Assembly (NCBI RefSeq): GCF_963921235.1
Contig: NC_086107.1
Location: 100,504,001 to 100,568,000, forward strand
Direction: 5' to 3'
Source: Mobula hypostoma
Taxonomy: Eukaryota
Length of the DNA stretch: 64,000 bases
Positions within the stretch are counted from its first letter, which is position 1, and each line of letters opens with the position of its first letter. The notes beneath the pieces were generated by a model, which ran no database searches, had not been told where the DNA came from, and worked only from the letters and a program-made list of their open reading frames with translations. The position numbers and the translations under genes are program-made. This document shows positions 22,896-35,381 of the stretch, piece after piece.

Positions 22896-23167
22896 ACCCA
22901 TACCCATATCACTTTACACATGCTGTAATTCTTGCATTTTATTCAATATTCATCCTAATAATACCCATAATTAAGCTAACGGAATATAGAATATATCCAA
23001 TCATTAATGAATGCCACAAAACGAAGTTATTACTAAGTTGAAAAATGTTTTAAAATGTATGGGAGAATTCATGTAAAGCTGGGTTTCCATAACTGAGCTA
23101 TCTTAGTGGTTATAGTTAAAATGGTTCTGTACAAACTTTGCCCAATTACATTTTACTACCCTTAGTT

Positions 23168-23260
23168 TTTATTGAGCAAATAATGCTTTATACTAGCTGA
23201 CCTTTGTGCTGAGTCTCAATGTGTTATCTCGGAAGGAAAGCTTTCAGATGACATATAAAA
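23168..23260 (+). promoter_or_regulatory. GUCY2C proximal promoter: CDX-type TTTATTG (23168-23174), HNF4 DR1 TGACCTTTGTGCT (23198-23210), GATA TTATCT (23224-23229), TATA box TATAAAA (23254-23260)
   Basis: Motifs read directly, 90-185 bp upstream of the ATG. Mammalian GUCY2C is known to be driven by proximal CDX2 and HNF4 sites. Confidence 0.65.
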
Positions 23261-23350
23261 TGTACCTCATAGCCCTGCTTCCTGTATACTGTTGAAAGTT
23301 AATCACCATAGAGAACGACAATTGGAGTGTCTTAACAACAGAGCAGAAAA

Positions 23351-23552
23351 ATGAAGCGAGTGCTTAGTTTCTTGCTGTGGGCCATAATCGCCATCCGAGG
23401 ACATTTTTCCAAGAATCCCTATTCAAAGTGCACGGATAAATTGTTTACGATTAATGTGGTTCTATTGAATGATTCTTCCTCTCCTTGGACCTTGAATGAT
23501 GTAATTCCATGTATAAAGCAGGGAATTGAATCTATAAATAAGGACCTACAAG
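23351..23552 (+). CDS. GUCY2C: Guanylyl cyclase C (guanylin/heat-stable enterotoxin receptor) coding exon 1
   Basis: MKRVLSFLLWAIIAIRG signal peptide ...CTDKLFTINVVLL...KQGIESINKDLQ; donor AG|gtaaga; 202 nt, phase 1. Confidence 0.85.
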
Positions 23553-24719
23553 GTAAGATCCATGTGTTGATTTGTTTCTACTGTCTGTGTTACGGAGAGG
23601 GTACAGAGCCACTGGGGAAGGTGCAGAAAGAAGATTTATATGATAAGAGTACTAAGAGGTGGAATAGAGAGCAGAACTTCTCTGCCCTCTTCTCATTGTT
23701 ACCATCAAGAAGGAAGTACCGGAGCCTGAAGGCACACACACTCTACAATTCAGGAACAGCTTCTTCCCCTCTACTATCCTATTTCTGAATGGACATTGAA
23801 CCCACGAGCACTACCTCACTACTTTTTTATTTTTGTTTTTGCACTTCTTATTTAATTTAACTATTATATATATGTTGTAGTTCACAGCTTTTTAAAAATA
23901 TTATCATGTATTGCATTGTGCTGCTAAATTAACAAATTTCACAACATATGCCAGTGATATTAAACCTGATTCTGATTCTGACTTGATAAAAACCCTTAAA
24001 GTTATCGAAATGTTTGATATGGTACATGTGGATATGTTTTCATTTATGTGAGAAATTTGAACTAGCTGTCAAGTATATAAACTCATTGCTATTAAATACA
24101 AATTCAGGGTGGAAAACGCTATTGAGAATTAAGAAATTCTTAAGTATACGATGATTAATCCAAACACATGAATGCATTTACACAGGAGACTGCAAGGTAA
24201 TGAGGGAGAAAGAAAAATTGATCTGATGAGATGATAAATGAGTTTTCCAGTGTACCTTAAAGTGCAGGCTTTGGAAAGTAAGACTGGGTGTATATTGTTT
24301 CATTAAGTCCATCTGTAGTTAATAGTCAATGCTAATCATTCTTACAGATAAATCCTTGCAGATTGTCATTTTGATGAAGCTTTGGTGAAGTTTTGGGTAA
24401 GAGCTAAACAAGGTACCTTGAATGGGGACTTCCTTTGTAATTGTAACTGTTTCCAACAGCAGTCAATTAAATTCATCCGTTTGAGTGGATAAAGAGAGAG
24501 GAAGAGAAAACACAGGTTTTTAACTGTGGAGTGTGGCAGTTTGAGAGTGGGGGCTTCAGTTAGCAGGGTCTGTGGCATCTTCTCAACATTGACATTTGGT
24601 TAGACAGTGTGGCATTGATGTCAGTCAGGTCAGTATTTGGTAATCATTTTCATATTTTACAGTTCATATAAAGTGTGAAAGCAGATTCGATTGTGTTTTA
24701 AGGGGACATTTTAAAATCA

Positions 24720-26650
24720 AAAATCAGAATCAGGTTTAATATCACCAGTATATGTCACAAAATTTGTTGTCTTTGTGGCAGCAGTACAATACAATACATG
24801 ATAATAAGGAAAAATGTGAATTACAATAAATATATATATTTAAATTAAATAAGGAGTGCAAAAGTAAAAATAAAAAAGTAGTGAGGTAGTGCTCATGAGT
24901 TCAATGTCCATTCAGAAATCGGATGGCAGAGGGGATTAGATTAGATTATGAGGACACGCAGTCCTCTTTTATTGTCATTTAGTAATGCATGCATTAAGAA
25001 ATGATACAATATTCCTCTGGTGTGATATCACAGAAACACAGGACAGACCAAGACTGAAAAACTAACAAAAACCACACAATTATAACATATAGTTACAACA
25101 GTGCAACAATACTATAACTCAATGAAGAACAGGCCATGGGCACAGTAAAAAAGTTCGAAGTCTCTCGGAAGCCCCACATCTCACGCAGATGGGAGAAGGA
25201 AGAAAACTCTCCCTGCCATGCCCGACCACAGTCCGACTCTGAGTTGTCCGAAAACTTCGAGCTCCGATCAGCCCTCCAACACCGAGTACCGAGCACCATC
25301 TCTGTCGAATGCTTTGACCCCAGCCTCGGTCACCAGCAGCAGGCAAAGCCAGGGATTTTGGGGCCTTCCCTTCAGAGATTCTCGATCACACAGTAGCAGC
25401 AGCAGCGAACCGGGTATTTCAGAAATTTCTCCAGATGTTCCTCTGTGCTTCTCACGTCTGTCGCCATCAAATCAGAATTGTGCACGGCATCCTACTTACA
25501 AATACGATATCATTTCACCGGAGAACTGTGCGGTGAAGCTGTTCTTGAATCACTGAGTGTGTGCCTTCAGGCTCCTGTACCTCCTTCCTGACGGTAGCAA
25601 TGAAAACAAGGCATGACCTGGGTGAGGGGCACTCTTAATGATGGTTGTTGCCCTTTTCAGGCATCGCTCCTTGACGAGATCCTGGATACTAGTGTCCATG
25701 ATGGAGCTGACTAAGTTTACAACTTTCTGCAGCTTATTTCAATCCTGTGCAGTAACCCGCCCCCCCCCCAATACCAGATGGTAATACAGCCAGTTGGAAA
25801 GCTCTTCATAGTACATCTGCAGAAATTTGCAAGTGTGTTTGGTGACATACCAAATCTCCTCAAACTCTGAACGAGATATAGCCATTGTCGTGCCTTCTTT
25901 GTAGCTGCATCAATATGTTGGGTCTGGGATAGATCCTCAGAGATATTGACACCCAGGAACTTGAAATTGCTCACTTTTTCCACTTCTGATCCCTCTATGA
26001 GTACAGATGTGTGTTCCCTCGACAGACCCTTTCTGAAGTCAACAATCAGAGCTTTGGTCTTTCTGACGTTGAGTCCAAGGTTGTTACTGCAACGCGACTC
26101 AACTAGCTGATATATCTTGCTCCTATATGCCCTCTTGTCACCCTCTGAAATTCTGCCAACAATAGTTGTATCGCTGTAGCAACAGAGTCATGGGTGTAGA
26201 GAGAGCAGAGAAGTGGACTTAGTACACATCCCAGAGGTGCACCAGTGTTGATTATCAGTGAGGTGGAGATGTTATTAATAATCCGCACAGATCATGGTCT
26301 TCCAGTTAGGAAGTTGAGGATCCAGTTGCAGAGGGAGGTACAGGCCCAGGTTCTAGAGCTTTTTGATCAGAGCTGTGGGAATGATTGTGTTAAATGCTGA
26401 GCTGTAGTCAATAAGCAGCATCCTGACATAGGTATTTGTATTGTCCAGGTGATCTAAGGCCACGTGAAGAGCCAATGAGATCACATCTGCCATTGACCTA
26501 TTGTGACAATTGGCAAATTGCAATGGGTCCAGGTCCTTACTGAGACCGGAGTTAATTCTAGCCACAACCAACCTCTCAAAACACTTCATCACCATTTAGA
26601 TGTGAATGCTATTGGATGATAGTTGTTAAGGCAGCTCACCCTGTGCTTAG
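24720..26650 (-). mobile_element. Degenerate Rex1/Babar-type LINE with a nested ~600-bp insert (~24935-25535, (TAATC)n tail)
   Basis: ORF pieces MKCFERLV...[27 protein letters not shown]; host sequence 'ggcagagggg|aagctgttc' is split by the insert. Confidence 0.75.
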
Positions 26651-27039
26651 TCCCCTGGCTCTACTCACTTTACATTTATGGCTGTGCGGCTAAGCACAGC
26701 TCCAATGTCATATTCAAGTTTGCTGACGACGTCACTGTTGGCTGAATCAAAGCTAACATATAGGAGGGAGATTGAAAATCTGGCTGGATGTCTGCCACAA
26801 CAACAACTTCTTTCTTACTCAATGTCAGCAAGACCAAGGAGCTGATTATTGACTTCAGGAGGAGGAAACCAGAGGTTCATGAGCCAGTCCTCATCAGGGA
26901 TCAGAGGTGGAAAGGGTCAGCAACTTTAAATTTCTCAGTGTTATCATTTTGGAGGACCTACATAATCATTAATAAAGTCAATTTTTGAGAAATAAAACTC
27001 ACATAACTATTTTTCTTTGTTGAAAAAAGGTGGGAGTGA

Positions 27040-28600
27040 ATAGATCTCTGAGGAATCCTGTCAGAAACAAAATACTGTAATGAATATCCCTCATCTGTAT
27101 TCATTAAAGAAAAGGACATTTCAGTTCCTCAAATAATTGGAGGTATTAGATATCATGGTGGGCTTAATGGTGGCTAAATTTTCTGGTCCTGATGAGATAT
27201 ATCCCTGACTACTATTGAAGCAATGCAGAAGATTTTTGGGGCCCTGACAGATATTTATATTTTTGTGGCCATAGGCAGGGTGCCAGATGACTTGAGGGCA
27301 TTAAATGTGGTCTCTTTATTCAAGAGGGATAGCGGGGATAAGCCAGGTAATTATAGTTCTGTGAGTCTAACATTGACAGTGAGGAAGTTTTGCGACTAAG
27401 AATTCTGAGGGACAGGATTAATTTACATTTGCAAAGGTGGTAATCAACCAGAGAGAGTCAGCATGGTTTTCCAGGAAGAGATCCTGTCTGATTAACTTGA
27501 CTGAAGTTTTGAAAGGTAACAAAATGTATTGATGTAAGCAATATGGACTATGGAGACTTGGACTTCAGTCAGACCTTTTACGAGATTTCTCTTGGGAAAC
27601 TCATTCAAAAGGTTAAAGCCCATGGTTCCAGGGTTAGGATCAAAAACTGGCTTGATAACAGGAGACAAAAGGCGATAGTTAAAGTTCATACTTGCAATTG
27701 AAGACCCATGATTGTTGGTGTACCAGAGGTATTGGTGCTGTGACCTGAGAGTTTTTATAAGCTTAATAATTTTGTTATGGATGCAAGGTGTCTGTGAAGA
27801 ATAAAAATTTCAGGTTGTACACTGTATACATTCTCTAATATTAAATGGAACTATTGAAGAACCAGCTCAGATTGGAGGTGAGAGCTGATTTTACACTCTC
27901 TGTGGTCTTAACTCCTCTCTCCAGGGCACTGGAGCCTTTCGTTGTTCCATTGTTTGGTCAATTTAAACGCCAGCCCGGATAGACTGAAAAGACAGGGTGT
28001 TGGGTGGGATGAGAGCCAATTCTCTCGTTCTTCGCGATGGTCATCTCCATGCGCTGAGGCTATGAAGACTGCCTTGGCTGCTGTGCTCCATGTTCGCTAA
28101 TATGATAAGTGAGGCTTTGGGCCTGCTCTGGGCTGCTCTGGGGTTTCAGATCTGAGGGCTCAATTTTGGTCCGGAATGCTGCTGCTCATTTCCTTTGTTT
28201 GCACGATTTGTATTTTTTATATATCTTTCTCTTGCGCATTGAGTGTTGGTCTTTTGTTTTTATTTTTATTCTTTTTTTTTCTATGATTGGGTTCTTTTGG
28301 GTTTCTTGCTTTGTGTCTACCCGTGAGCAAGTAAATCTCAAAGTTGTATAATTTATACATTCCTTGATAGTAAATGTACTTCAATCTCGAATCTTGAAGA
28401 GAAGTGGTAAGTAAGTTTGTAGATGACACGAAAATAGGTGTTGTTGATATGGTGATCTTATGCTACAGGATGAAATTGATCAATTGATAAGATGGGAAAA
28501 CAACCACAGGAATTTAATCCTGAGAAGTGTGAAGTGAGGTACTTTGGAATTCTAATAGGAGTCGAACATGCATAATGAGTAGCAAAGCTCTAGGGAAATC
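27040..28600 (+). mobile_element. Old CR1 ORF2 fragments with a nested insert
   Basis: Relics GPDEIYP, NVVSLFKR..PGNY, QHGF..RSCL, KFVDDTK. Confidence 0.6.
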
Positions 28601-30895
28601 AAAGTTCAAAGTAAATTTATTATCAAGGTACATATATGTCACCATATACAACCCTGAGATTCATTTTCTTGCCAGCATACCCAATAAATCCATAATAGAA
28701 TAATAACCATAATAGAATCGATGAAAGACCGCACCAACTAGGGCATTTGACCAGTGTGCAAAAGACAATAAACTCAGCAAATACAAAAAGAAAGAAACAA
28801 TAATAATATTAAGTAAATCAGTAATAAGCATCGAGAACATGAGATGAAGAGTCCTTGAAAGTGAGTCCATAGGTTGTGGGAACTTTTCAGTCATGGAGCA
28901 AGTGAAGTTGAATGAAATTATCTCCTTTGGTTCAAGAGCCTGATGGTTGAGGGGTAACAACTGCTCCTGAACCTGGTGGTGTGAGTTCTGAAGCTCCTGT
29001 GCCTTTTTCCTGATGGCAGCAGCTAGAAGAGAGCATGTCCTGGGTGGTGGAGGTCCCTGATGATGGATGCTGCTTTCCTGCACATCTACAATGCTTTGCG
29101 TAGATGTGTCAATGGTGGGGAGGGCTTTACCTGTGATGGACAGGGCAGTATTCACTACCTTTTGTAGGATTTTCGGTTCAAGGGCATTGGTATTTCCATA
29201 CCAGGCTGTGTTGCAACAAGTCAAAATACTCTCCACCACTCATCTATAGAAGTCTGTTAAAGTTTAAATGTTGTCCTGGATCTTTGCAAACAACAAAGAA
29301 AGTTGAGGTGCTGCTGTGCTTTCTTTGTAATTGTACTTATGTGCTGGGGCCCACCAGGACAAGTTATCTGAAATAATAACACCAAGGAAATCAAAGTTGC
29401 TTACCCTCTCCACCTCTTATTTTAACTTAACTATTTAATGGATATATACTTCCTGTAATTCAGTTTTTATTCTATATTTATTTATCATGAATTTCATTGT
29501 ACTGCTGCCATAAAGTTAATGAATTTCATGACATATGAAGGCAAGACAACGTCTATACTTTATTAGGAGTTTGAAGAGATTTGGTATGTCAACAAAAGCA
29601 TTCAAAAACTTCTATAAATGTAGTGTGGAGAGCATTCTAACAGGCTGCATCACTGTCTGGTATTGGGGTGGGGGGGGTGCTACTGCACAGGACCAAAAGA
29701 AGCTGCGGGGGGTTGTAAATTTAGTCAGCTCCATCTTGGGTACTAGCCCACAAAGTACCCGGGACATCTTCAAGGAGCGGTGTCTCGGAAAGGCAGCGTC
29801 CATTATTAAGGACCTCCAGTACCCTTTTCTCACTGTTACCATCAGGTAGGAAGTACAGAAGCCTGAAGGTACACGCTCAGCGATTCAAGAACAGCTTCTT
29901 CCCCTCTGCCATCCGATTTCTAAATGGACATTGAACCCTTGAACACCACCTCACTTTTTAAATATATATTATTTCTGTTTTTGCAAGATTTTTAATCTAT
30001 CCAATATATATATATGCTAATTGATTTATTTATTTTTACTTTTTTTTTCTTCTATATTGTGAATTTGAACTTCTGCTGCTAAGTTAACAAATTTCACGAC
30101 ACATGCCAGAGATAACGAACCTGATTCTGATTCTGATATGCTAGTGATATTAAATCTGATTCTGAAATTTGGCTATAATTGTTATCATAGTTACCGCCTT
30201 ATCAACCTGGGGTGTTTCCTTGACTGAAAACCTGTAACCTCTAATTCTCCCTAGTTTCATGTTCACATTGCTGACTTAACTGGATTTCCTCATTTTACTC
30301 CACAATTCAGAATCAGAATCAGGTTTATTATCACTGGCGTGTGTCGTGAAATTTATTAACTTAGCAGCAGCAGTTCAATGCAATACATAATCTAGAAAAT
30401 AAAAAAATAAATGAACAAGTACATATATTGAATAGATTTTTTAAAAAAACATGCAAAAACAGAAATACCGTATATTTTTTTAAAAAGTGAGGTAGTGTCC
30501 AAAGATTCAATGTCCATTTGGGAATTGGTTGGCAGAGGGGAAGAAGCTGTTCCTGAATCACTGAGTGTGTGCCTTCAGGCTTCTGTACCTCCTACTTGAT
30601 GGTAACAGTGAGAAAAGGGCATGCCCTGGGTGCTGGAGGTCCTTAATAGTGGACGCAGCCTTTCTGAGACACCGCACGCTAAAGATATCCTGAATACTTT
30701 GTTGTCTAGTACCCAAGATGGAGCCGACTAAATTTACAACCCTCTGCAGCTTCTTTCGGTCCTGTGCAGTAGCCCTTCCATACCAGACAGTGATGCAGCC
30801 TGTCAGAATGCTCTCCACGGTACAACTGTAGAAGTTTTTGAGTGTATTTGTTGACATACCAAATCTTTTCAAACTCCTAATGAAGTATAGCCGCT
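28600..30895. mobile_element. Cluster of Rex1/Babar-type LINE 3' fragments in both orientations
   Basis: ORFs 28661-29239 (-), 29535-29849 (+) and 30558-30872 (-) all carry ESILT.C...WY motifs; (TCTGAT)n tails. Confidence 0.75.
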
Positions 30896-31419
30896 GAGAG
30901 GATTAGAGGAACAATCTGGGGAGAGGCTAGTAGACCAGGTTCACCGACTGTTGCTCAAATCATCATTAGGAGGCATCTGCTGATGAAAGGGATGGATGGC
31001 CAATGATCCCTGTGGGGAACTCGGTGATACCTCAGCAGACAGCACAGAACAAGGCCAAAGTTTGGTGGACGTCCGCCTACAGCCACCCAGCCAACCCCAG
31101 GTTAGGGACTGCTGAAAACCTTTCTGTTCTTTTGGAAGATCTGAGCCTCGGGATTAGGCAGCTCCATAAAATCTGCCTCACAGCCTTCCTTGTTCTTGGG
31201 ATGCGACGTTTGCAAGCCAGTGTGGGAAGCTAGGGAAGGGCGAGTTGGAGCGTGTAGTGATAGAAAGACATGGCTGAAGACTGATTAAGTGGTCTTCACC
31301 CCAAGGGAGACTACTTGATGGCATGAATGATCTTTATCACCTCAGGACTAGTAACCTACTGACTCTTGGTTTGGGTTTTTACAGGAAAAAAAAATCCTTT
31401 TGGAAGGAATGATATATTT

Positions 31420-31675
31420 ATTTAGAGAAACAGTGCAGAACAGATCTTCTGGAACCGCCCACCCGGATTAACATTAGCCTAATCATAGGACAATTTGCAA
31501 TGACCAATTAACCTACTAACCAGTACGTCTTTGGACTGTGGGAGGAAACCAGATCACCCGGAGGAAACTGATGCCATCACGGGGAGAACGTTCAAATTCC
31601 TTACAAACGGTGCCAGAATTGAACTCCGAACCCCAGAATGCTGTGAGCTGTAATAGCGTCAGCTACGCTACTGAA
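31420..31675 (-). mobile_element. V/HE1-like tRNA SINE
   Basis: ctttggactgtgggaggaaacc..cacccggagg..gaattgaactc; same family as 21960 and ~35670. Confidence 0.65.
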
Positions 31676-31739
31676 TCACCAACTTTAGGGAGAGCAAAGC
31701 TAAGTCAATATGTAACTAACAACTGTATTTGTATTTCAG

Positions 31740-31852
31740 GTTATAATGTCACCGTAAATGCATCGTATGAAGGTTTTGACACAACATCCTTTTCGTCCAA
31801 AGGATGCTCCACAAGCGCCTGTGGAGGACTGATGAAGCTTCAGAAATTATTT
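31740..31852 (+). CDS. GUCY2C: GUCY2C exon 2
   Basis: tttcag|GYNVTVNASYEGFDTTSFSSKGCSTSACGGLMKLQKLF|gtaagt; resembles mammalian GLNVTVNA...CRSSTCEGL; 113 nt. Confidence 0.9.
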
Positions 31853-33903
31853 GTAAGTATGCGAGTCAGACAAATATGTGTAGTTCAGGTTCAAGTTTAT
31901 TGTCATTTGACTGTATATGTATACAACCAAATGAAACAATGTTCCTCCGGACCATGGTACACCCACAAGACATATATCACACATATGCATAAAGCAAAAT
32001 ATTGCCATAAATAAGGGGAAAATGTAATTCAAAATGAATGTAGTGTGCAGAACAGGTAATCAATACAGTAAACAGCTCACTGTCCTGGTGATGAGACCTC
32101 AGTGAGGCAGGTTATTCATTAGTGTCACAGCCCGAGGAAATAAGCTGTTTGCCAGTATTAGCCCTGATGCTCCTGTACCTTCTTCCTGATGGTAGTGGGT
32201 CAAAGAGATTGTGGGATGGGTGGTAGGGATCCTCAACAATGCTTCAATCCCTTTGTCTACAATGCACCAAGTAAATGCAACAAATAGGGGGAGGGAGACC
32301 CCAGTGATCCTCCTGGTGGGTTTCACTATCCTCCGTAGGATCTTGTGGTCCAAAGCTTCGCAGCTTCCGTACCACACAATGATGCAGCCGGACAGGATGC
32401 TCTCTGTGGAAAGTTGTTAGATGGGGGGAAGGGTGGTGGGACCCTTATGTGCCTCAGTCTCCCCAGACACTACTGCGCCTTCTTGACTAATGAGGGGATG
32501 CTGTGGGTCCAGGTTAGGCACACCAAGGAACTTTGTGGTCTTCACTTTTTCCACAGTAGAGCCATTGATGTGCAATTGAGAGTGATCAACCAGCACCTTC
32601 CTGAAGTCTACAATCATCTCTTTTGTCTTGTCCACGTTGAGGCTCTTTTTATTCAGTCAACTACAGAACCTAACAGTAGTTAGCAACCACATGGTAGCTG
32701 CTTCCACATACCCCTGGCAACCTTTCACCACAGTACCAAAATGCATGGTAACTTATTACATTACAATTAAGTTTCATCCATCAGGTAGAGTCCCAGGCTG
32801 GACTGGTGAGTTTAGGTTTGTTGGAATAAACCCAAGTTAATCCACTTGACCTGTTCTGCTCCACTGAGTGCATTAATAACTGAAGGGTTTGTAGATTAAT
32901 ACCACAGATATTTTCTTTCTGGGCTGTTTATTTGCACCTTCCTCCATTTTCCTGAGGAAGTGCGTCAAGTTTGGAGTACTTTCACAGCTCAGAAAATTCT
33001 CATCCTTATGGCTATCCCTCATATGTGAGACTCAACGGTGAACACCAATAGAATGGTTGAACTAGGGTATTATAACATCTGAAAACACTCCAGAGAACAA
33101 GGTGTTTCATGCCCTTGGAATAAAGATAGGGTTATTACTCTAGGTTGGGATACAAAGGGCTGGAAAGCCAGCCTTTCACTGCATCACAGGATGTGAAATT
33201 CAGGAATATCCAATTCTGTTTTATTCCTCCCTCCTCAGTGCCACTCTTCAAAGAGGCTTTTACAGGGTTAGTTTCACCGGCAGCTTCTGGCGACTGATGA
33301 ACATTGTACATATCAGCCAGTTATTTCCTCTCACAACGTGACCATGAATTGGTTACTCCTTTTTTCTCTCTGACCTCGCGCTCTTGTGGCCAAGATGCGC
33401 TGCTCTCTCATAGTTATGGATGTATAGAAAATACAGCATCGGCAATGTCCTAATTCTCATCAAAGGCTGACTTAATAAAGACTTGCAATGTAAGATGATA
33501 TCAAACATATTAACCAACTCTTTTGTTAAAAGGAAGAAATCAGATTGAGAACAATGTATTTGCCTTGGGAGTGGAAGATTACTGGTGGTGAAAGTTAGCA
33601 ACCTAGCTTCAGTAAAAGCTTCACCCATTCTGAATTGCATGTAGACTGCAAGACAGAAACAGACCTTTGCCTGTCTCTGTACCCAACACAAATATTTTTT
33701 CTCCTCTCTTCATGGGAGAGGCAGAATGATGCAGCTATTAGAGCCGCTACCTCACAGCACTGAAGACCTAGGTCCAAACCACACCTCGGGTGTTTACATA
33801 TTCTTCCCGTGACTGTGTGACCTAGGGACTTTGGATAACTGCCACGTGCCAAAGGTGTGTGGCTTCTTAGGGCAATGGCCACTGTAAATTACCCCTAGTG
33901 TGT

Positions 33904-34306
33904 TCATTCATTATGTGCCATGTTGTAAGATGTGGGCGGTCATGGTCTTGACCGTGGTTGTTCTTGGCATATTTTTCCACAGAAGTGGTTTGCCATTGCC
34001 GCCTTCTGGGCAGTGTCTTTAAATCACGGGTGACCCCAGCCTTTATCAATACTCTTCAGAGATTGTCCTCCTGGTGTGGGTGGTCATATCACCAGGTCTT
34101 GTGATATGCACCGGCTGCTCACACGACTGTCCATCACTTGCTCCCATGGCTTCATGTGACCCTGATTTGGGGGGGGGGGCGGGGTGTGTGTGGGGGATGG
34201 GGATAAGCCGGTGCTACATCTTGCCCAAGGGTGACCTGCAGGCTACTGGAGGGAAGGAGTGCCTTACACCTCCTTTGGTAGAGACGTACCTCCACCCCGT
34301 TACCAT
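33904..34306 (-). mobile_element. RTE-mobilised SINE-like element inserted in a V-SINE
   Basis: 10-bp TSD cctagtgtgt (33894-33903, 34307-34316); BovB/Sauria-type motif gaagtggtttgccattgcc; 3' tail shared with the RTE at ~45700. Confidence 0.7.
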
Positions 34307-34617
34307 CCTAGTGTGTAGGTGGGTAATAGAAACTGGGCACAGTTGATAAGCATGTGGTGAGATTAGAAAACAGCATTGATGAATGACTGATGGTTCTCAT
34401 GGACAGTGACAAGAAGGGCATGTTTCCAAGCTGTATCTTTCAATATTTGGGTATTTTCCTGTTCCTTTCTCCCTGTTCTTCGTGTTAAATGATTATTTTA
34501 CGTTGTTCAACAGTATCCCAAAAATTGAAGTGCCTACCCAGTGAATGGAAAACTGGGAGTGTACCCATTGAGACCGATAGATTCTGATCTTAATTTTCTT
34601 TTTAATCCTGGATCTAG

Positions 34618-34685
34618 AAGGACGATAACTTGGGCTGTGCAGTTGTGGGTCTCACATGTACCTATGCGACCTTTCAAATTGTCTC
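34618..34685 (+). CDS. GUCY2C: GUCY2C exon 3
   Basis: ctag|KDDNLGCAVVGLTCTYATFQIV(S)|gtaagt; resembles MGCVLIGPSCTYSTFQ; 68 nt (65 if the second AG is used). Confidence 0.9.
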
Positions 34686-35247
34686 GTAAGTCTCTACCTC
34701 CTATAAATGTGAGTTCCTTTCAATAACGAACCAGAAGATGCACCCTGATATTTTCATTGCAGGTGATCATGGTGATTTACTTTGAGTGTGTGTGTGTGTG
34801 AGAGAGAGAGAGATATGATGTTCTCCAGGTTTTGTTCCTTCTCTGTGTGTTAAAGATGGCACATTGCTCAGTTGGCCTTGTTCAGAAGACTGTAAAGGAT
34901 GGCAATATGTCAAGATACACAGCCTGGCACCTTCATTCCTGAAGGATGGTGTGTAGTAAATGAATGGCTTGTATTGATAGAAAAAGATGAAGAGAGTACA
35001 GAAACTGAAAAGCCTGTGGTTCTTCTACACTAATCTTAGAAAGTGGAAGAACAAATTTGGAAAGCAGACTTAGATGAAAGCGTGTGGGATCATGGGTTTT
35101 ATAAACATGGGAGTATACACAAAGAAATCTTTTGGCTAAAACTTTGTTAATGATTGGCTGGTCTTGAGTTGAAGTATTGTAACCAATGCTGGACACCAAC
35201 ATCAGGAAGAACTTCAAAAGGTTTTATATACAGCAGATATAGCATAA

Positions 35248-35381
35248 ATATGAGAAAGTCTGCAGATGCTGGAAATCCAAAGCAACACACATAAAATACT
35301 GGAGGAACTCTGCAGGCCAGGCAGCATCAATGGACAAGAGTAAACAGTCAACGTTTTTGTCTGAGACCCTTTTTCAGGACT
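35248..35381 (-). mobile_element. Penelope-like terminal-repeat fragment, hammerhead motif degenerate
   Basis: ctgcagatgctggaaatcc...ctggaggaactctgcaggccaggcagcatc...cagtcaacgttt..gagacccttttcaggact. Confidence 0.65.

Noticed and set aside
23553..23788. C-terminal half of the 145-aa ORF starting at the GUCY2C ATG
   Set aside because: Read-through past the exon 1 donor into intron 1 and a LINE fragment (LFSLLPSRRKYRSL).
31538..32014. 158-aa ORF as a standalone gene
   Set aside because: Only 31740-31852 is coding (exon 2); the flanks are SINE- and LINE-derived intron.
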